DNA of 64,000 nt from Octopus sinensis (Eukaryota). The notes below the pieces were generated by a model. The model saw nothing but the letters and a program-made list of their open reading frames with translations, did no database searches and was not told where the DNA came from. The stretch spans positions 11,470,001 through 11,534,000 of the forward strand of contig NC_043008.1 in assembly GCF_006345805.1 (NCBI RefSeq), in the 5' to 3' direction. The position numbers and the translations under genes are program-made. Of the stretch, positions 43,034 through 57,361 are shown in pieces; the first letter of the stretch is position 1, and each line of letters starts with the position of its first letter.

Positions 43034-44283
43034 TTACCACACAGCCACTCCTCATGAATATTTTACATATTTCAAGTCACAGACATGGAAATAAAAAGAC
43101 TCAGTGTCCAGAAACACCTCATAGTACTGAACTACTTTTGTCTAGTATTTTGTACTTTATACAGAGCTCATACATGAAAACATCCCCACAATTACCTATT
43201 AAATTAAACGATCACACAAACAGGCACCAATGCACAAGCTCACAGATGATGATTTACAGCTTAATACCTTAATATATAATGAAAACAAGCAGAGAGACAG
43301 ACAGACAGACACACATATTGTTTGTTTGTTCGTGTGCGTGTGTTTGTAAAATCAACCAAGGGACTATAACTGATTGGATACATAATGGAAGTTAATAAAT
43401 TATAGCTGATTAAAAATTATTTCATGATGTTAATGTTCAAAGAGTGATAGCAGGAGTAAAAAAACAAACAAGAGGAGAACAATCAGACAGGCAAAAGGCA
43501 AAAAGAAAATTTACGACATTAGAGGATCATTTTTTTCTGGTTGGGACAGCTCATGAATATTTCCTTGCTAAAATTTCTGCATCTCACAGGACTTATTTCA
43601 AATCAGGTTGCCTGCACTTTCTGCTGTGTTACGGTTGCTTCTGGATACTTTTACGTAACAATTTCATTATTCAACGATTTTCTAATCACTACGCAAACAA
43701 TATTAATTAATAAATGCTATGTAGCTCACTGCAAATTATCAATTAGCTTTCATACCGAGCCTGTTTCTGTTTTTTTCATTGTTCTTATCTCTTGTACAAT
43801 TTCATTTACTATAATTTAATATAGAACATATATTTTGCGAAGAGTCATACTAATTTGTTACTTCAGTTCTGTTTGAAATATTTTGTAACAATCCCATATT
43901 AGAATAGCATCGACATATATAGATTTAATAGGCGGTCAAATATTTCTTACCTCACGAATGTTGCTAAATCTATTTCTCGTTCTCCATATTTGATATAAAA
44001 ATAACAGAGAAATTTAATCTTTTTCTCCTATTATATTTAAAACATGCAAATCAATCAATTCCACTTCCAAAGGTCATCAGTTAACAAACTTCAGTCAGTG
44101 CCTTCGAATGTTGGAAAAAAAGTAACATAGCGCTTACAAAAATATATGGGGTCAAGATTTCCCTCTACGTATATGTGGGATGATATGTCAGCTCATTAGG
44201 TCTACCAAACTGTGAATATGACAATATATATTTAGCGAACAAATTTTAACTATTAATTTTATTGCAGGTGTATATATAAATTA

Positions 44284-44585
44284 GTGGAGGCACATGGTCT
44301 AGTGCTTAAAGCAACGGACTCTCGTTGGAGGGCTCGTTGGTTCGAATCTCAGACCGAGTGATGTGTGTGTTAATGAGCAAAGTACCTCAGGTCCACGCGG
44401 CCCCGGCAGAAGGTAATAGCGAAATTCTGCAGATTCCTTCGCCTGAAGTTTCTCTCACTCTTTCCTCCTGCATCTAGCAGCGAACCTGCGACAGATCGGC
44501 CTCCCGTCCAGGTGGGGAACTTGTACGCCAATGAAACCGAGAAACCGGGCCGCATGAGCCAGGCATAGCTCGAGAAAGAACAGAC
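44284..44585 (+). mobile_element. SINE family D
   Basis: Reverse complement of 1040-1343, with B box GGTTCGAATCTC. Confidence 0.8.
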
Positions 44586-44715
44586 AACAACAGCATATAT
44601 AAATTATCGACTACTCATTTTCAGTGATAAATAGAAAATAAATATATAAACATATATATATGCTTGTGTGTATGCGTGTGTATGTATGTATGTATTTGTA
44701 TCTCTCTCTCTCCCC

Positions 44716-44765
<50 letters not shown>

Positions 44766-45681
44766 AGAGAGAGAGGGGTGGATAGAAATATCGGTAGATA
44801 TAGACACACACACACACATATGTGTGTATGTGTGTGTGTGTGTGAGTGTGTTTATGTAATTTGCCGTTTAGCTACACAATTCTACTTTACCTTTTCTCAA
44901 TTCATAGCGTTTAAGTATTTGGAATTATATACGTTGCTTTTCTTATATCTGCCTCTCAAAGTATCTAACTACAATATTCGGCTCTTCATCTTTTTCCCGC
45001 CTTCTCTTTTTCTTCTCTTTACATACTCACCTTATTTTTACTATATCTATATCCTATATTGCCTACGCAGGTGTGTTCCATGTGTTTCCCTTGTTTCGAA
45101 AATAATTCCGTTTGTTCCTATGTCCACACAAATTGGAAATATAACAATAATGCTGTCAGTATAGCATTAGAAAATAAAAACAAGAATTTTCTTTGACACA
45201 AACTTTTATTAGTATGTAAAATAGTTTACTTTCTTTTCGACTTCTTCGGAGTGGTGGTTGCTATTCTATTGAAATTCAATAATCTTGTTTATATACCTTG
45301 TCAAATTGTTTTAATGAGTTCAGCTGTAAAACATAATGCAACTGTAAAATCACTGAATTAATTATGCAACACTACTAAATAATAAGTTAACATTTAAATA
45401 AAATAAGAATGCTGCACAAATTCAAATTTTATTTCCTAGCGGTTTCCTTAGATGTAAATTAGCTTCGTGGTAGTCATTAAATTTACTCTATAATAAGAAT
45501 TTTTTTAACCACATATCGTTCTTTGTTAAATATTTTCTAATGCTTTATCGTTTTCTAAAATATATTTCTATTAACATGTGTCAAATAGTTTCAAATACTG
45601 TTTTTTTTCTTACACAATCTCTTTGAATGTGTCTTTAAGTTTATCAGGTTTTATGGATTTTTTTCTCATTTGATAAATATA

Positions 45682-45759
<78 letters not shown>

Positions 45760-45767
45760 AAAGTTGG

Positions 45768-46152
45768 CAGAATTGTTATAACGTCGGGCGAAGTGCTTAG
45801 TGGTATTTCGGCAGAAACGTTAGCACGCCGGGCGAAATGCTTAACAGTATTTCGTCTGCCGCTACGTTCTGAGTTCAAATTCCGCCGAGGTCGACTTCGC
45901 CTTTCATCCTTTCGGGGTCGATAAATTAAGTACCAGTTACGCACTGGCGTCGATATAATCGACTTAATCCGTTTGCCTGTCCTTGTTTGTCCTTTCTGTG
46001 TTTAGCCCCTTGTGGGTAATAAAGAAATAGGTATTTTCCCTGTCGCTACGTTCAGGGTTCAAATTACGCCATGGTCGACTTTGAATTTCATCTTTCGGGG
46101 TCGATACCATTTACGTATCAGTTACGCACTAGGGTCGATATAATCGACTAGC
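45768..46152 (+). mobile_element. SINE family B: doubled head, 184-bp unit and partial second unit
   Basis: Unit 45847-46030 is followed by GTATTTTCCCTG at 46031. Confidence 0.85.
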
Positions 46153-46235
46153 CCTCTAGAGCAGAAATATTTAATTTTATATCTGTTATTGCGTGAAAAT
46201 AAACATATACATAGATACGCATATATAATATATAC

Positions 46236-46288
<53 letters not shown>

Positions 46289-46487
46289 CACGCGTGCTGT
46301 CTCTGCGTGTGGCTAAGACATTTGTCATGCATTTAATCGTATTGCCTTCCACAGCAGCCCTGGATCTACTAGGCTGTGAGGGAATTTGGTAGAAAAGTTT
46401 GTTCACAGAGTGTTTGGTATAGCTCTCTTTTTCTCTCTTTGCCTTTCCATCTCTATTTATCTCCGTCTTTCTCTCTCTCTCTCTGTG

Positions 46488-46715
<228 letters not shown>

Positions 46716-47647
46716 TACTTGTATAGTCGTGTGTGGAGGTGCGTCTTTCGATTAAATAAGTACCAGATTTAGTCTTAAGTAATGTAGCTGGCGTGCTGGA
46801 TTAAACTCTTCGAATTAGTGCCCCAGCATCGTTACAGTCCAATGACTAAAACTAAAAGAGTGATAGAACTATTTGCATATCTCATAATTTACACATACTT
46901 TCGAGCAACAACATTACACAGTCTTCATTTCGTTTTAAATTTTGGCAAGAGCGATATTCTTTGGATCTGAATATGTTAATAGGAGTTGTTTGTTTTGAAT
47001 TTATTTACTACGATCTTATTTCCTTTTATCCGAAATTTAAAATCCCGTGGAACACGAATATGCACCTTCAATTTTGATTATCAAGAATATCAAAAAGATT
47101 GTAATTAATCAATAAAAAACAACATGTGCTTCATTTACATTTTATAATTGTAATCCACGATTAAACTATATTTGTCGCAAGCTATATAATTTTATTTTTT
47201 AGTAGAGTCTCATATTTAACATAATCATTAAGAAAGCTTTTCATCTGACATTTTACACAAAAGAAAGACCTGTTTCAAAATAGTATTAATTGAATTGTTA
47301 TGTTTAAAGCTTTGCGCAAGGTGTGCACATCCTTTCATGAAAAGAATTTTTATACGTTTCCCTATTTTATGATTATAATTATAATTATAATTATTAACAT
47401 TAAATGTCGATGGACGGAACAAATCATTTGAGTGGCAGACGAAAATCTAGCCTGGCGTTTATTTATGTTGCTTTACGATCTGACTCTAATGAATCATACT
47501 GAAGTTCATTACGCCGTTCACCGGAACGGAACTATCTAAATAATCACAAATAAAGTAACAGCTTTCTCAAAAATTTCCATTATACTAAAACTCAAAATAT
47601 TCTTGGTTTTAAAGTGTTATTCGAAATTATCATTACCATCATCAACC

Positions 47648-47927
47648 ATTGTTGTTGTTGTTGTTTCTGTTGTTGTTGCTGTTGTTGTTGCTGTTGTTGT
47701 TGCTGTTGTTGTTGTTGTTGTTGTTCTTCTTCTTCTTCTTCTTCTTCTTCTTTCTTCTCCTCCTCCTCCTCCACCTTGTTGTTGCTCTTGTTGTTCTTGT
47801 TGGTGTTCTTCAATTCCGTCTTGTTCTTCTTCAATTTCTTTTTCTTCTTCTTGTTCTTGATCTTGTTGTTGTTGTTGTTATTGTTGTTGTTGTTGTTCTT
47901 CTTCTTTTTCTTCTTCTTCTAATAATA

Positions 47928-48005
<78 letters not shown>

Positions 48006-48030
48006 TTTGTTATTATTATTATTGCTGTTG
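47648..48030. repeat. Compound trinucleotide block (GTT/GCT, CTT, CCT, AAT, ATT)
   Basis: Seen directly in the sequence. Confidence 0.95.
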
Positions 48031-48089
48031 CTGTCTTTTGCTGTTTTCGGTATTGTTGCAACTATTGCATGCTGTAAAAGTTAATAGAG

Positions 48090-48580
48090 ATTAACTTATG
48101 ACCACAATTCCATGAATTGTTCTTAAGATTCTTGCGGAATACGGGATTGTTCTTTTCGGCACCTCTCAGTTCGACGATGCGAGTTCCAATTCCAGTATCC
48201 TTGAGCCTCCTGTGTAGCAGCTTCGGACTTTTGTAAATTACACACACATTAGCAGACAAATAATTGATGCTTTAGTCTTCCATCTTTGCGATTATATCCT
48301 GATATTTCCGAGTTGCTTAAATTTCTGGTTTGCCCGCCCGATTTCTATATGGTATTTCAAAGCCTATAATCTTATACTGTGCTTTTATTTTCTGGTCGTT
48401 ATCTATATTATTTTGCTTATTTGTCGTCTTAACAACACGTACTAGATTTCTCTCCTGAAGTTTTGTTTAATATCTAAACACGTTTTCATTGTTAGTATTT
48501 ATTATTTTAGTGTTAAGCTACCCAAGATCCAAGTGCGTTGGCCCATTCACTTTCTTCTTGCCCAGTGGATATCACGTCAT
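48090..48580 (-). mobile_element. R4/Dong-like retrotransposon C-terminal relic
   Basis: Frameshifted motifs IHW, IIGFEIPY, KYQDI, PKLLHRRLKDTGIGTRIVEL and YSARILR. The 3' side runs into a triplet-repeat block. Confidence 0.7.
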
Positions 48581-48822
48581 TGTCACTGATTTCGTCACTG
48601 TAGATATGTCAACTGTATCACCAATAGCTGTTTGTAACAATAGCAAAAAAAAGAAAAAGAAAAACAAAATTTACAAACATAACTGTATGATCAGTAACCG
48701 ATAGCAAAAGCAGCAGTCGTAACGGAAACGGAAACTGAGCCACGAAAAACTATTTCTTTTTATTGGATCATTCTACGTCACTCTTGCAGCCAAAAAGAAA
48801 TCATTATTATAATCATTATTAA

Positions 48823-49035
48823 GGCGGCGAGCTGGCAGAATCGTTAGCACGCCGGGCGGAATGCTTAGCGGCAATTTGTCTGCCGTTGGGTCATGCGTTC
48901 AAATTCCACTGCGGTAGAATTTGCCTTTCATCTTTTTCGGAGTCGATAAATTAAGTACCAGTGAATAACTGGGTCTACATAATCGATTTGTCTCCTCCCG
49001 ACAAATTTCAGGCTTTGTACCGTTTGTAGAAAAGA
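48823..49035 (+). mobile_element. SINE family B variant
   Basis: Direct similarity to the head and central segment, with a different 3' end. Confidence 0.75.
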
Positions 49036-49306
49036 ATTATTATAATCATTATCGATTCTTTAAAAGAACAGATTTTTAAAGTTATTTTCTTGAATGAATT
49101 GGCTTGTATTATGTCGGTGATATGTACAAAGAAAAAGAATATTTTTATAAATATCTCACGTCTATAGAACTGACAGGAATTTTGTAATATGTCGAAGAGA
49201 ATAATTAGATCATTTTTTAAATTGTTGCAAATCGTACTTGAAAACAGGGAAGAAATATGAAACAATTACAGAAAATACATGAAATGAAGTTTCGACTAGG
49301 GCGCAA

Positions 49307-49716
49307 TATTTATTTCCCACTAGGGGCTAAATATAGAGGGGACAAACAAGGACAGACAAAGGGATTAAGTCGATTAAACGACCCATGAACGTACCTGGTA
49401 CATATTTAATCGCTTCCGAAAGGATGAAAGGCAAATTCGACTTCGGCGGAATTTGAACCCAGAACGTAACGGCAGACGAAATACCTATTTCTTTACTACC
49501 CACAAGGGACTAAACACAGAGAGGACAAACAAGGACAGACAAACGGATTAAGTCGATTATATCGACCCCAGTGCGTAACTGGTACTTAATTTATCAACCC
49601 CGAAAGTATGAAAGGCAAAGTCGACCTCGGCGGAATTTGAACTAAGAACGTAATGGCAGAAGAAATACTGCCAAGCATTTCGCCCGTCGTGCTAACGATT
49701 CTGCCAGCTCGACGCC
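49307..49716 (-). mobile_element. SINE family B head plus two tandem units
   Basis: 184-bp unit at 49485-49668, with a junction at 49484/49485. Confidence 0.9.
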
Positions 49717-49944
49717 CTACGAGGATGCAGTATTGACATCATAAGCCACAATAACAGTTGGCAGCAAGAAAAGAAGCATGGAATTCTGGCAGGATCAGGA
49801 AAAAACCAAGCAAGCAAGAAAGAAAGAAATCCAAATCTAATGTAAATGTACCCGAGGCTATTTTTGATAGATTATATGTTTTTTTTAAGATTCATTTTAG
49901 TTGCTAATGTAGTCCGGAATAATAGCAGCCTCATTAATAACATC

Positions 49945-49979
<35 letters not shown>

Positions 49980-50689
49980 TATATATATACATACGTTTGT
50001 TTGCTATTCATGATGTTATTCTCGCTGAATCTTGAGTCCATGCTTCAGTTTATCCTTCAGTTATTTTGCTTCATTTAATTATTGATGAAATTAATTTCTA
50101 TTTTAGTTGAGATTGAGAAAAAAAAAAGAAGAAAAAAGACTAGAAAAATTATTTCTAATTCAAACCCATTAAAAAAATTTCTTTATTACGAAATTCTATT
50201 TCTGTTCACAGCTAATTGCTGCTTGAAATCCATTAATTTTTTTCTTGTTCTATTGTTTTTTTTTGCATGTCAGTTAAGGTAAAACACCATTGGATACAGG
50301 GAACCTTATTGTGATCGTTTAATCAGCTAGAAAGAGCAGCCAAATTATCTCTATATCAAACTTCAAAATAGGGATGTACTTAATGAAATGACAGAAACTG
50401 AGATGGATTTTGGGATAACTGGAACGACTTGAGACGAATGGATATGCTTTAGTTAAATTGCTAAAACACAGCAACCAGGTATTCCTCATTCTTATAAAAT
50501 CGTCTCTAAAACAACAACAATAATACCTGCAGATCTGAGATTGTCATCAGAAGTGGATTAGTGCAGTTATCTCCCTCAGTGAATCTTAGAATTACTGCGA
50601 TTTTCGTCCAATGTAACGAAAAATTATTATGAGAAAAATGAAACTAATATCAAAGAAGCTTGAAGGTTCTGGCAAGATCATAAGAACGC

Positions 50690-50870
50690 TGGGCAAAAAT
50701 GCTTAGCGGCATTTTGTCCGCCGTTACATTCTGATTTCAAATTCCTCCAAGGTTAAATTTCCCTTTCATCTTTTCGGTGCCGATGGAATAACTAGCAGTT
50801 GAATCCTGGTTCGTTATAATCGAATTACTCCCTCCCCCAAAATTGCTGGTCTTGTGGTAAAATTTGAGAC
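50690..50870 (+). mobile_element. SINE family B, decayed
   Basis: Degenerate head, B box and central segment. Confidence 0.55.
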
Positions 50871-51583
50871 CAACGTTAAAGAATTTGTTTGTAAAATTGT
50901 TTATGCTGAACATGCTAAGACAGACATAATATTCTTAATATCAGTTATATTCATTCGAAACGACTTTTCTGATTATTAAAAAGACAATATTTGAACATAT
51001 TCCGAATGGCATAGAGAAACGTAAAACAAATATATTGAGTGAAAATAGCGTCTCGTTCCTGACTCTTGGTGTACACAACGGTCGACGCTACCTCGCGGAA
51101 ACGTGTAAATATATTAATATTCCTCTCTATCTAAACAAAACATCTGCGCATAGACATATTTAATGTGTAGTGGAAAATAATATTTAGGTTCTTATATTTA
51201 ATGTGTATTTTGAGTAATGAGGAATCTTCCATCGGTTTTGGCGATGAGCATTTCGTTGTTAGATTTTCTGAACCAGCTACTCGCCAAAGTAACGTGTAAA
51301 TGACTGAGCATTCTACCGATACTCACACTTCTAACGAAATTCTTTTGTCGTAAGCAGTGTGAAGCAATTTCAAACCAGGTTCTGTCTATGAAATGCATAT
51401 TTATTTATTCACACAGTTTCAATCAAACCAAAGGTATGAAAATATCTTAGAGTGATCAGACGCTATTGTAACTAAAACCTGTAGAAAATACATCCTGTTT
51501 AAGGTAGAATGTTATGTGATCAAACCCTTATAGTCTGAGACGTGATTGTGTTCACTTAATTTCCCTTTAATTAATTGCATTTC

Positions 51584-52736
51584 GGTCGGCGAGCTGGCAG
51601 AAACGTTAGCACGCCGGGCGAAATGCTTAGCGGTATTTCATCTGGCGCTACGTTCTGAGTTCAAATTCCGCCGAGGTCGATTTTGCCTTTCATCCTTTCG
51701 GGGTCGATTAAATGAGTACCAGTTACGCACTGGCGTCGATATAATCGACTTAATCCATTTGTCTGTCATTGTTTGTCCGCTCTGTGTCTAGCCCCTTGTG
51801 GGTAGTAAAGAAATAGGTATTTCCCCTGCCGCTACGTTGTGAGTTCAAATTCCGCCGAAGTCGAATTTGCCTTTCATCCTTTCGGGGTCTATAAATTAAG
51901 TCCTAATTGCCTACTGGAGTCGATATAATCGACGTAATCCGTTTGTCTGTCCTTGTTTGTCCTCTCTGTGTTTAGCCCCTTGTGGGTAGTAAAGAAATAG
52001 GTATTTCGTCTGCTGTTACGTTCTGAGTTCAAATTCCGCCGAGGTTGACTTTGCCTTTCATCCTTTCGGGGTCGATAAATTAAATACCAGTTACGCACTG
52101 GGGTAGATGTAATCGATTTAATCCGTTTGTCTGTCCTTGTTTGTCCTCTCTGTGTTTAGCCCCTTGTGGGTAGTAAAGAAATAGGTATTTCACCTGCCGC
52201 TACGTTGTGAGTTCAAATTCCGCCGAAGTTGACTTTGCCTTTCATCCTTCCGGGGTCGATAAATTAAGTACCAGTTACGCACTCGGGTCGATGTAATCGA
52301 TTTAATCCGTTTGTCTGTCCTTGTTTGTCCTCTCTGTGTTTAGCCCCTTGTGGGTAGTAAAGAAATAGGTATTTCCCCTGCCGCTACGTTGTGAGTTCAA
52401 ATTCTGCCGAGGTTGACTTTGCCCTTCATCTTTTCGGGGCCGATCAAATAAGTACCAGTTACACAGTGGGGTCGATATAATCGACTTGGTCCATTTGTCT
52501 GTCCTTGTTTGTCCTCTCTGTGTTTAGCCCCTTGTGGGTAGTAAAGAAATAGGTATTTCCCCTGCCGCTACGTTGTGAGTTCAAATTCCGCAGAGGTCGA
52601 CTTTGCTTTTCATCCTTTCGGGGTTGATTAAATAAGTACCAGTTACGTACTGGGGTCTTTGCAATCGATTTAATCCGTTTGTCTGTCCTTGTTTGTACTC
52701 TCTGTGTGTAGCCCCTTGTGGGTAGTAAAGAAATAG
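51584..52736 (+). repeat. Tandem array: one SINE-B head plus six 184-bp body units
   Basis: Units lie at 51633, 51817, 52001, 52185, 52369 and 52553-52736. Each begins GTATTTC and ends AAAGAAATAG, and each keeps the B-box-like GAGTTCAAATTC. Confidence 0.95.
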
Positions 52737-52987
52737 ATATATTTAGAATTACACTCACTTTTCAGGCCTGACGCTGCACAAAGCCCGTGTTGTCGAAATA
52801 TAATCACTTTGTTCGCATTTTTAATACAAGAAATATTAATATAGAGTTCATTGCTTCCTAGAATGTTGTTTGCAGGGAAGAATTATACTTCTAATGTATC
52901 ATTTATATTATCATATTTTGTATTCGTATACAGATGTTATAAACTGATTTGGTTTGGGTATATTACTGATATTTTCTCGATTTGAAA

Positions 52988-53217
52988 TGCGGCGAGCTGG
53001 CAGAAACGTTAGCACGTCGGGCGAAATGCGTAGCCGTATTTCGTCTGCTGTTACGTTCTGAGTTCAAATTTCGCCGAGGTCGACTTTCCTTTTCATCATT
53101 TCGGGGTCCATCAATTAAGTACCAGTTACGCAATGGGGTCGATGCAATCGACTTAATCCCTTTGTCTGACCTTGTTTGCCCCCTCTATGTTTAGCCCCTT
53201 GTGGGTAGTAAAGAAAT
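52988..53217 (+). mobile_element. SINE family B, full length
   Basis: Direct similarity to family B. Confidence 0.85.
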
Positions 53218-55025
53218 TAAAATTCTCTCGATTTGGAGTTGTTATCTGTACGTAGTGTAGAAACAGTTAGTTTACAAAAACGGGAGTATATGAAAAAGGA
53301 ATGTTTAGTCTGATGCCCTATTGTTTTTCGTAATTCGTTGTCTTGATTTTCTCAATTATCAATTGCTATGTACTTTTCCGATATTATGAATTTTGGGGGC
53401 AAATCTTTATTAAATTTATTTGTTTTCTTATTTATTGAAAATACTGTGAAATGTTCTGAAAGTAACGCTGACAGAGAAACATATAACGCCGATACTTTAA
53501 CTAAAATAAATAGCAGAAATATTCCAAACACGGACGAATGTATTATTATGAACGTGTACGGAAATAAAATAACACACTTAGGAAAAAATTAGTGACATTA
53601 AACATGCATAATAAAATCAAATACAACTGAAAATATTATAAGCAAACAAACCAACCTGTCCACAATCACATTCGATGAGATTGCATAATACGGTGAATAA
53701 AATTATCAATCCCGTAAACACACATGAATATAAATATCCAATGGTAACCAATTAATTCTCTATCTTCATTCTTCTTTCGACATCAACTTTTTTTTTTAAA
53801 TGCGCATTTTTTTGTATTACTTTATCAAATCTTCATACATTCACATATTCAGATGTTTTTTTTTTTCCTTTCCTTGTAAAGAAAATTTATAGAAAAGAGA
53901 AAGAAAGATAAAAACTGAAGCTAAGTGAAGGAGTGATAGTTTGTGAGAGAAATGTTAACTGAACAAAAGAGATATTGATTAGAAACTCAGAGTTCATTGA
54001 ACATTTTATGTGCAAAACAAATACAGCTATATTTATAGAAGCACAACAGTTGAGAAAATTATAAATTTATCCACGTAAAAATATATTTAGAGATTTACTG
54101 AGGCAAAATTAATTAATTAACCTTAAAAAATTATACAAAAACTACACTAATGAGAGTAAAATTATATACAATCAAATTTAGATACAAGAAAATTGAATAT
54201 GACAAGAAACTGCAACAATAAAATCAAATTAATAAAATTTCAATGAAGAAGGAGAAAAAAAACGAAACGAAACAATAAAATACTGAAAGGTGGAAAAACA
54301 TTTTGAAAGAGATCTAACAATGATGTTAATTATTTATGTGTATTTAATTATGATTGGTTGATGCTACGTTTGAATGCGCATTGGTTGTGTTATTTTGGTT
54401 ATTAAGAAATAAATCATTAAGTATACAGAAAACATAACAATGGTAAAATAACTAAAGATGCAAGAATTATAAAAGCTGCAGTTCTGAAGATGTCATTAGT
54501 ATTATTGTTATCAGTAATTTAATGAAGAAACAGGCTTTGCTTTAGAACTAAAAAGAAAATGTGATGGTTCTTTGTGTGCCGTAGCACTGTGAGATTAAAT
54601 CCCAGTCAGATCTGACGGCGAGTTAGTCTCACTTGATATGCTGGGATGTATCATTAAAGGAACTCCATTTCTGTCGCTTGTATTCGTGGGCGTATTTTTG
54701 AGCTCATTAACCAAGTTTCTTTACCATAGATAAAAGTAGACACGAACACCGAATTTCAAATAACGCTTGGCTTATACGAGTGGTGAAATGTTCATTTGAA
54801 TTAAGAACAAGGATTCCAGGAGTTGATGTGGGAATGCGCCAACCTCAGCATTCGTTCATCAGAAGAAAGGAGGTACGTGCAAAAGCCAAAGCCTGTATCT
54901 TCAGTCCGTTTTCAAGTATAGACATTTTTAAAAAGAAGCAAATTGGTGAACGGAAACAACAGCAGCGACAATTATAGTTACAAAGTCAAAAATAGAAACA
55001 AAGAGATCAGCAAAATCCTGCTGAA

Positions 55026-55026
<1 letters not shown>

Positions 55027-55064
<38 letters not shown>

Positions 55065-55091
55065 AAACTACTACTACTACTACTACTACAA

Positions 55092-55126
<35 letters not shown>

Positions 55127-55128
55127 AA

Positions 55129-55162
<34 letters not shown>

Positions 55163-55230
55163 TTACTACTACTACTACTACTTCTACTACTACTACTACT
55201 ACAAACTACTACTACTACTACTACTACTAA

Positions 55231-55313
<83 letters not shown>

Positions 55314-55315
55314 AA

Positions 55316-55356
<41 letters not shown>

Positions 55357-55408
55357 ATTACTACTACTACTACTACTACAAACTACTACTACTACTACTA
55401 CTACTACA
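55027..55408. repeat. (CTA)n with recurring CAAA interruptions
   Basis: Seen directly in the sequence. Confidence 0.95.
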
Positions 55409-57280
55409 GCCATCGCTGCAGTATTCATCAAGAACAACAATAGAATTAAAACGTTATGAAAGGCAGCGTATTGCGACAATAAATGCAGTCCGTCACGGCC
55501 AGCGCCAATGTTTCCCTCATTGCCATAGAAATAAGCAATGGCAGCAACTACAAGGAAACATGAACGAGAGAAATAACAAAGGAAGCGAAGTAGTTTGTAA
55601 CAACAAAGACAACGGCCACATCGCCACCATTACAAATATACAACTACTAAATCTAGCACTACCACCACCGGCACCATTACTTCTAATACAACCGCACGAA
55701 GCGTCATCGCAAAGGCGTGACATCCGAGATGATGTTGATATCCGGTTTGTTTTAACTTTCAGGGTTCAATATGAACAGGTGTCAGCGCTGACGTGACTTT
55801 TGGCTATGTATTTTCGGTAGATATGCACAAAATTGTCATGAATCTGCAAAACCTCAGTTTATTCGGAGTTCTTCCTTTTACAAATATTTAGAAAGAAAGG
55901 CTTCATGACTGAAGCCCACATCCTACACACGTGCGAGTAAAGGGGATTTGAAGGTCAAATGTCCTGAGGACCTGGAGAAGCTGAGAAGGTAAGAACAGTA
56001 ACATTATCAAATGACGATTGAGCTCATGTATGAAGATTGATAAAGTAATGCAAAAAATGCTCAGACCACAGCTGTCGTGAAATCGTTAACGTTGGTAGAG
56101 CATGCTTATTTCTAGCTTCCAAAAGCTTATTATGAAACAGAATTACGTCGTTCTTCTGCTATAAACTACTGGACAACCACATCTCTTGACAAAGGTGAAG
56201 AAATGGAAAAGCAACAGTGCCGTCAGTGGGGAAATCACGAAAAAGAAAGAGAGAGAAAAAAACAAATCAAATAATAACTGAAAGATAACGTGTAGAAAAT
56301 ATATATAGTTTTCTATAGCAGAAAAAAACGCTATAAAACATGCGGAACACATCGTAATTTTATCCTATGTTCAAACATGACAAAAATTAGGTTTTAAAAC
56401 CCCCTAAAGATCACACGCAATATGAGCGTTTTGTGTGTGAAAGGAACTGCTGGACACAGCTGTTAAACATATATAGTGTTACTTATCTATAAAAATCATT
56501 TAGAATTATCTTCACCAATCTCAGAGATACTCACTTGAACCAGGAACAACTGAGGAATTACATAAACGGATTGATGATAAAGGAAGAGTGTGGTGATATT
56601 TACTTTTGTGAGGTGATGCATTCCACAGAAATTTATAAAGGTTTTTGTTATATAAATATTGTTTGGCAGATGTACTGGTCAATACATGCTGAAATTCGTT
56701 CATCGTTTATGAAGGTCATAAAGCACTCAATATGTTTAAAACTGCGGATGGGTTGGGGATACAGAACAACTGGTCTTTCATTTGCTTCTAGAGTAATCTA
56801 TGAATTTATGAAACCAACAAATATAAAAGTTACTGCGGCTCAAATGCTGCTTCCTAAGAGCCAGGATCGGTGAAAATGCAAAGAAATCTAACATGGAAGC
56901 TACTTAGGTTTTCCTTACCTCGGTGATGGTTCTCATTTGCTAGCATACATAAGGAGTGTTGTGTCCTCAATATAGTTCAGCTACCTGAGAAGGAAATTAT
57001 ACAGGTGAGTTACGTTAGAACCACAAACGCAAACACCACTAACAAGTTTTATGTGAATGAATGGGCTGTGCTGGCAAAGAACGAGTAAAGGAAATTATTA
57101 TTGTAACTATTGATGTTGTCACTGTTGTTGTTATTATTATTACGATTATCATTATTCTTTTCATTCTTAATATTTTTATATCATTTTCAGTATTATCAAC
57201 AAGTGATAGAATGTTATATAACATCTCAATTGTATGTATGTATGCTTGCATGTATGTATGTGTGTATGTATGTATATGTA

Positions 57281-57361
<81 letters not shown>

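Noticed and set aside
51584-52736. CRISPR-like array
   Set aside because: The would-be spacers are homologous to each other and to dispersed SINE copies. There are no cas genes and the context is eukaryotic.
54820-54865. Minus-strand CTGATGAACGAATGC...GCATTCC hammerhead-like motif sharing 12 nt with the 63656 core
   Set aside because: There is no GAAA after stem II and no stem I pairing.
56535-56873. 112-aa + strand ORF
   Set aside because: It has a TTG start and no recognisable domain, and splice signals conflict on both strands.
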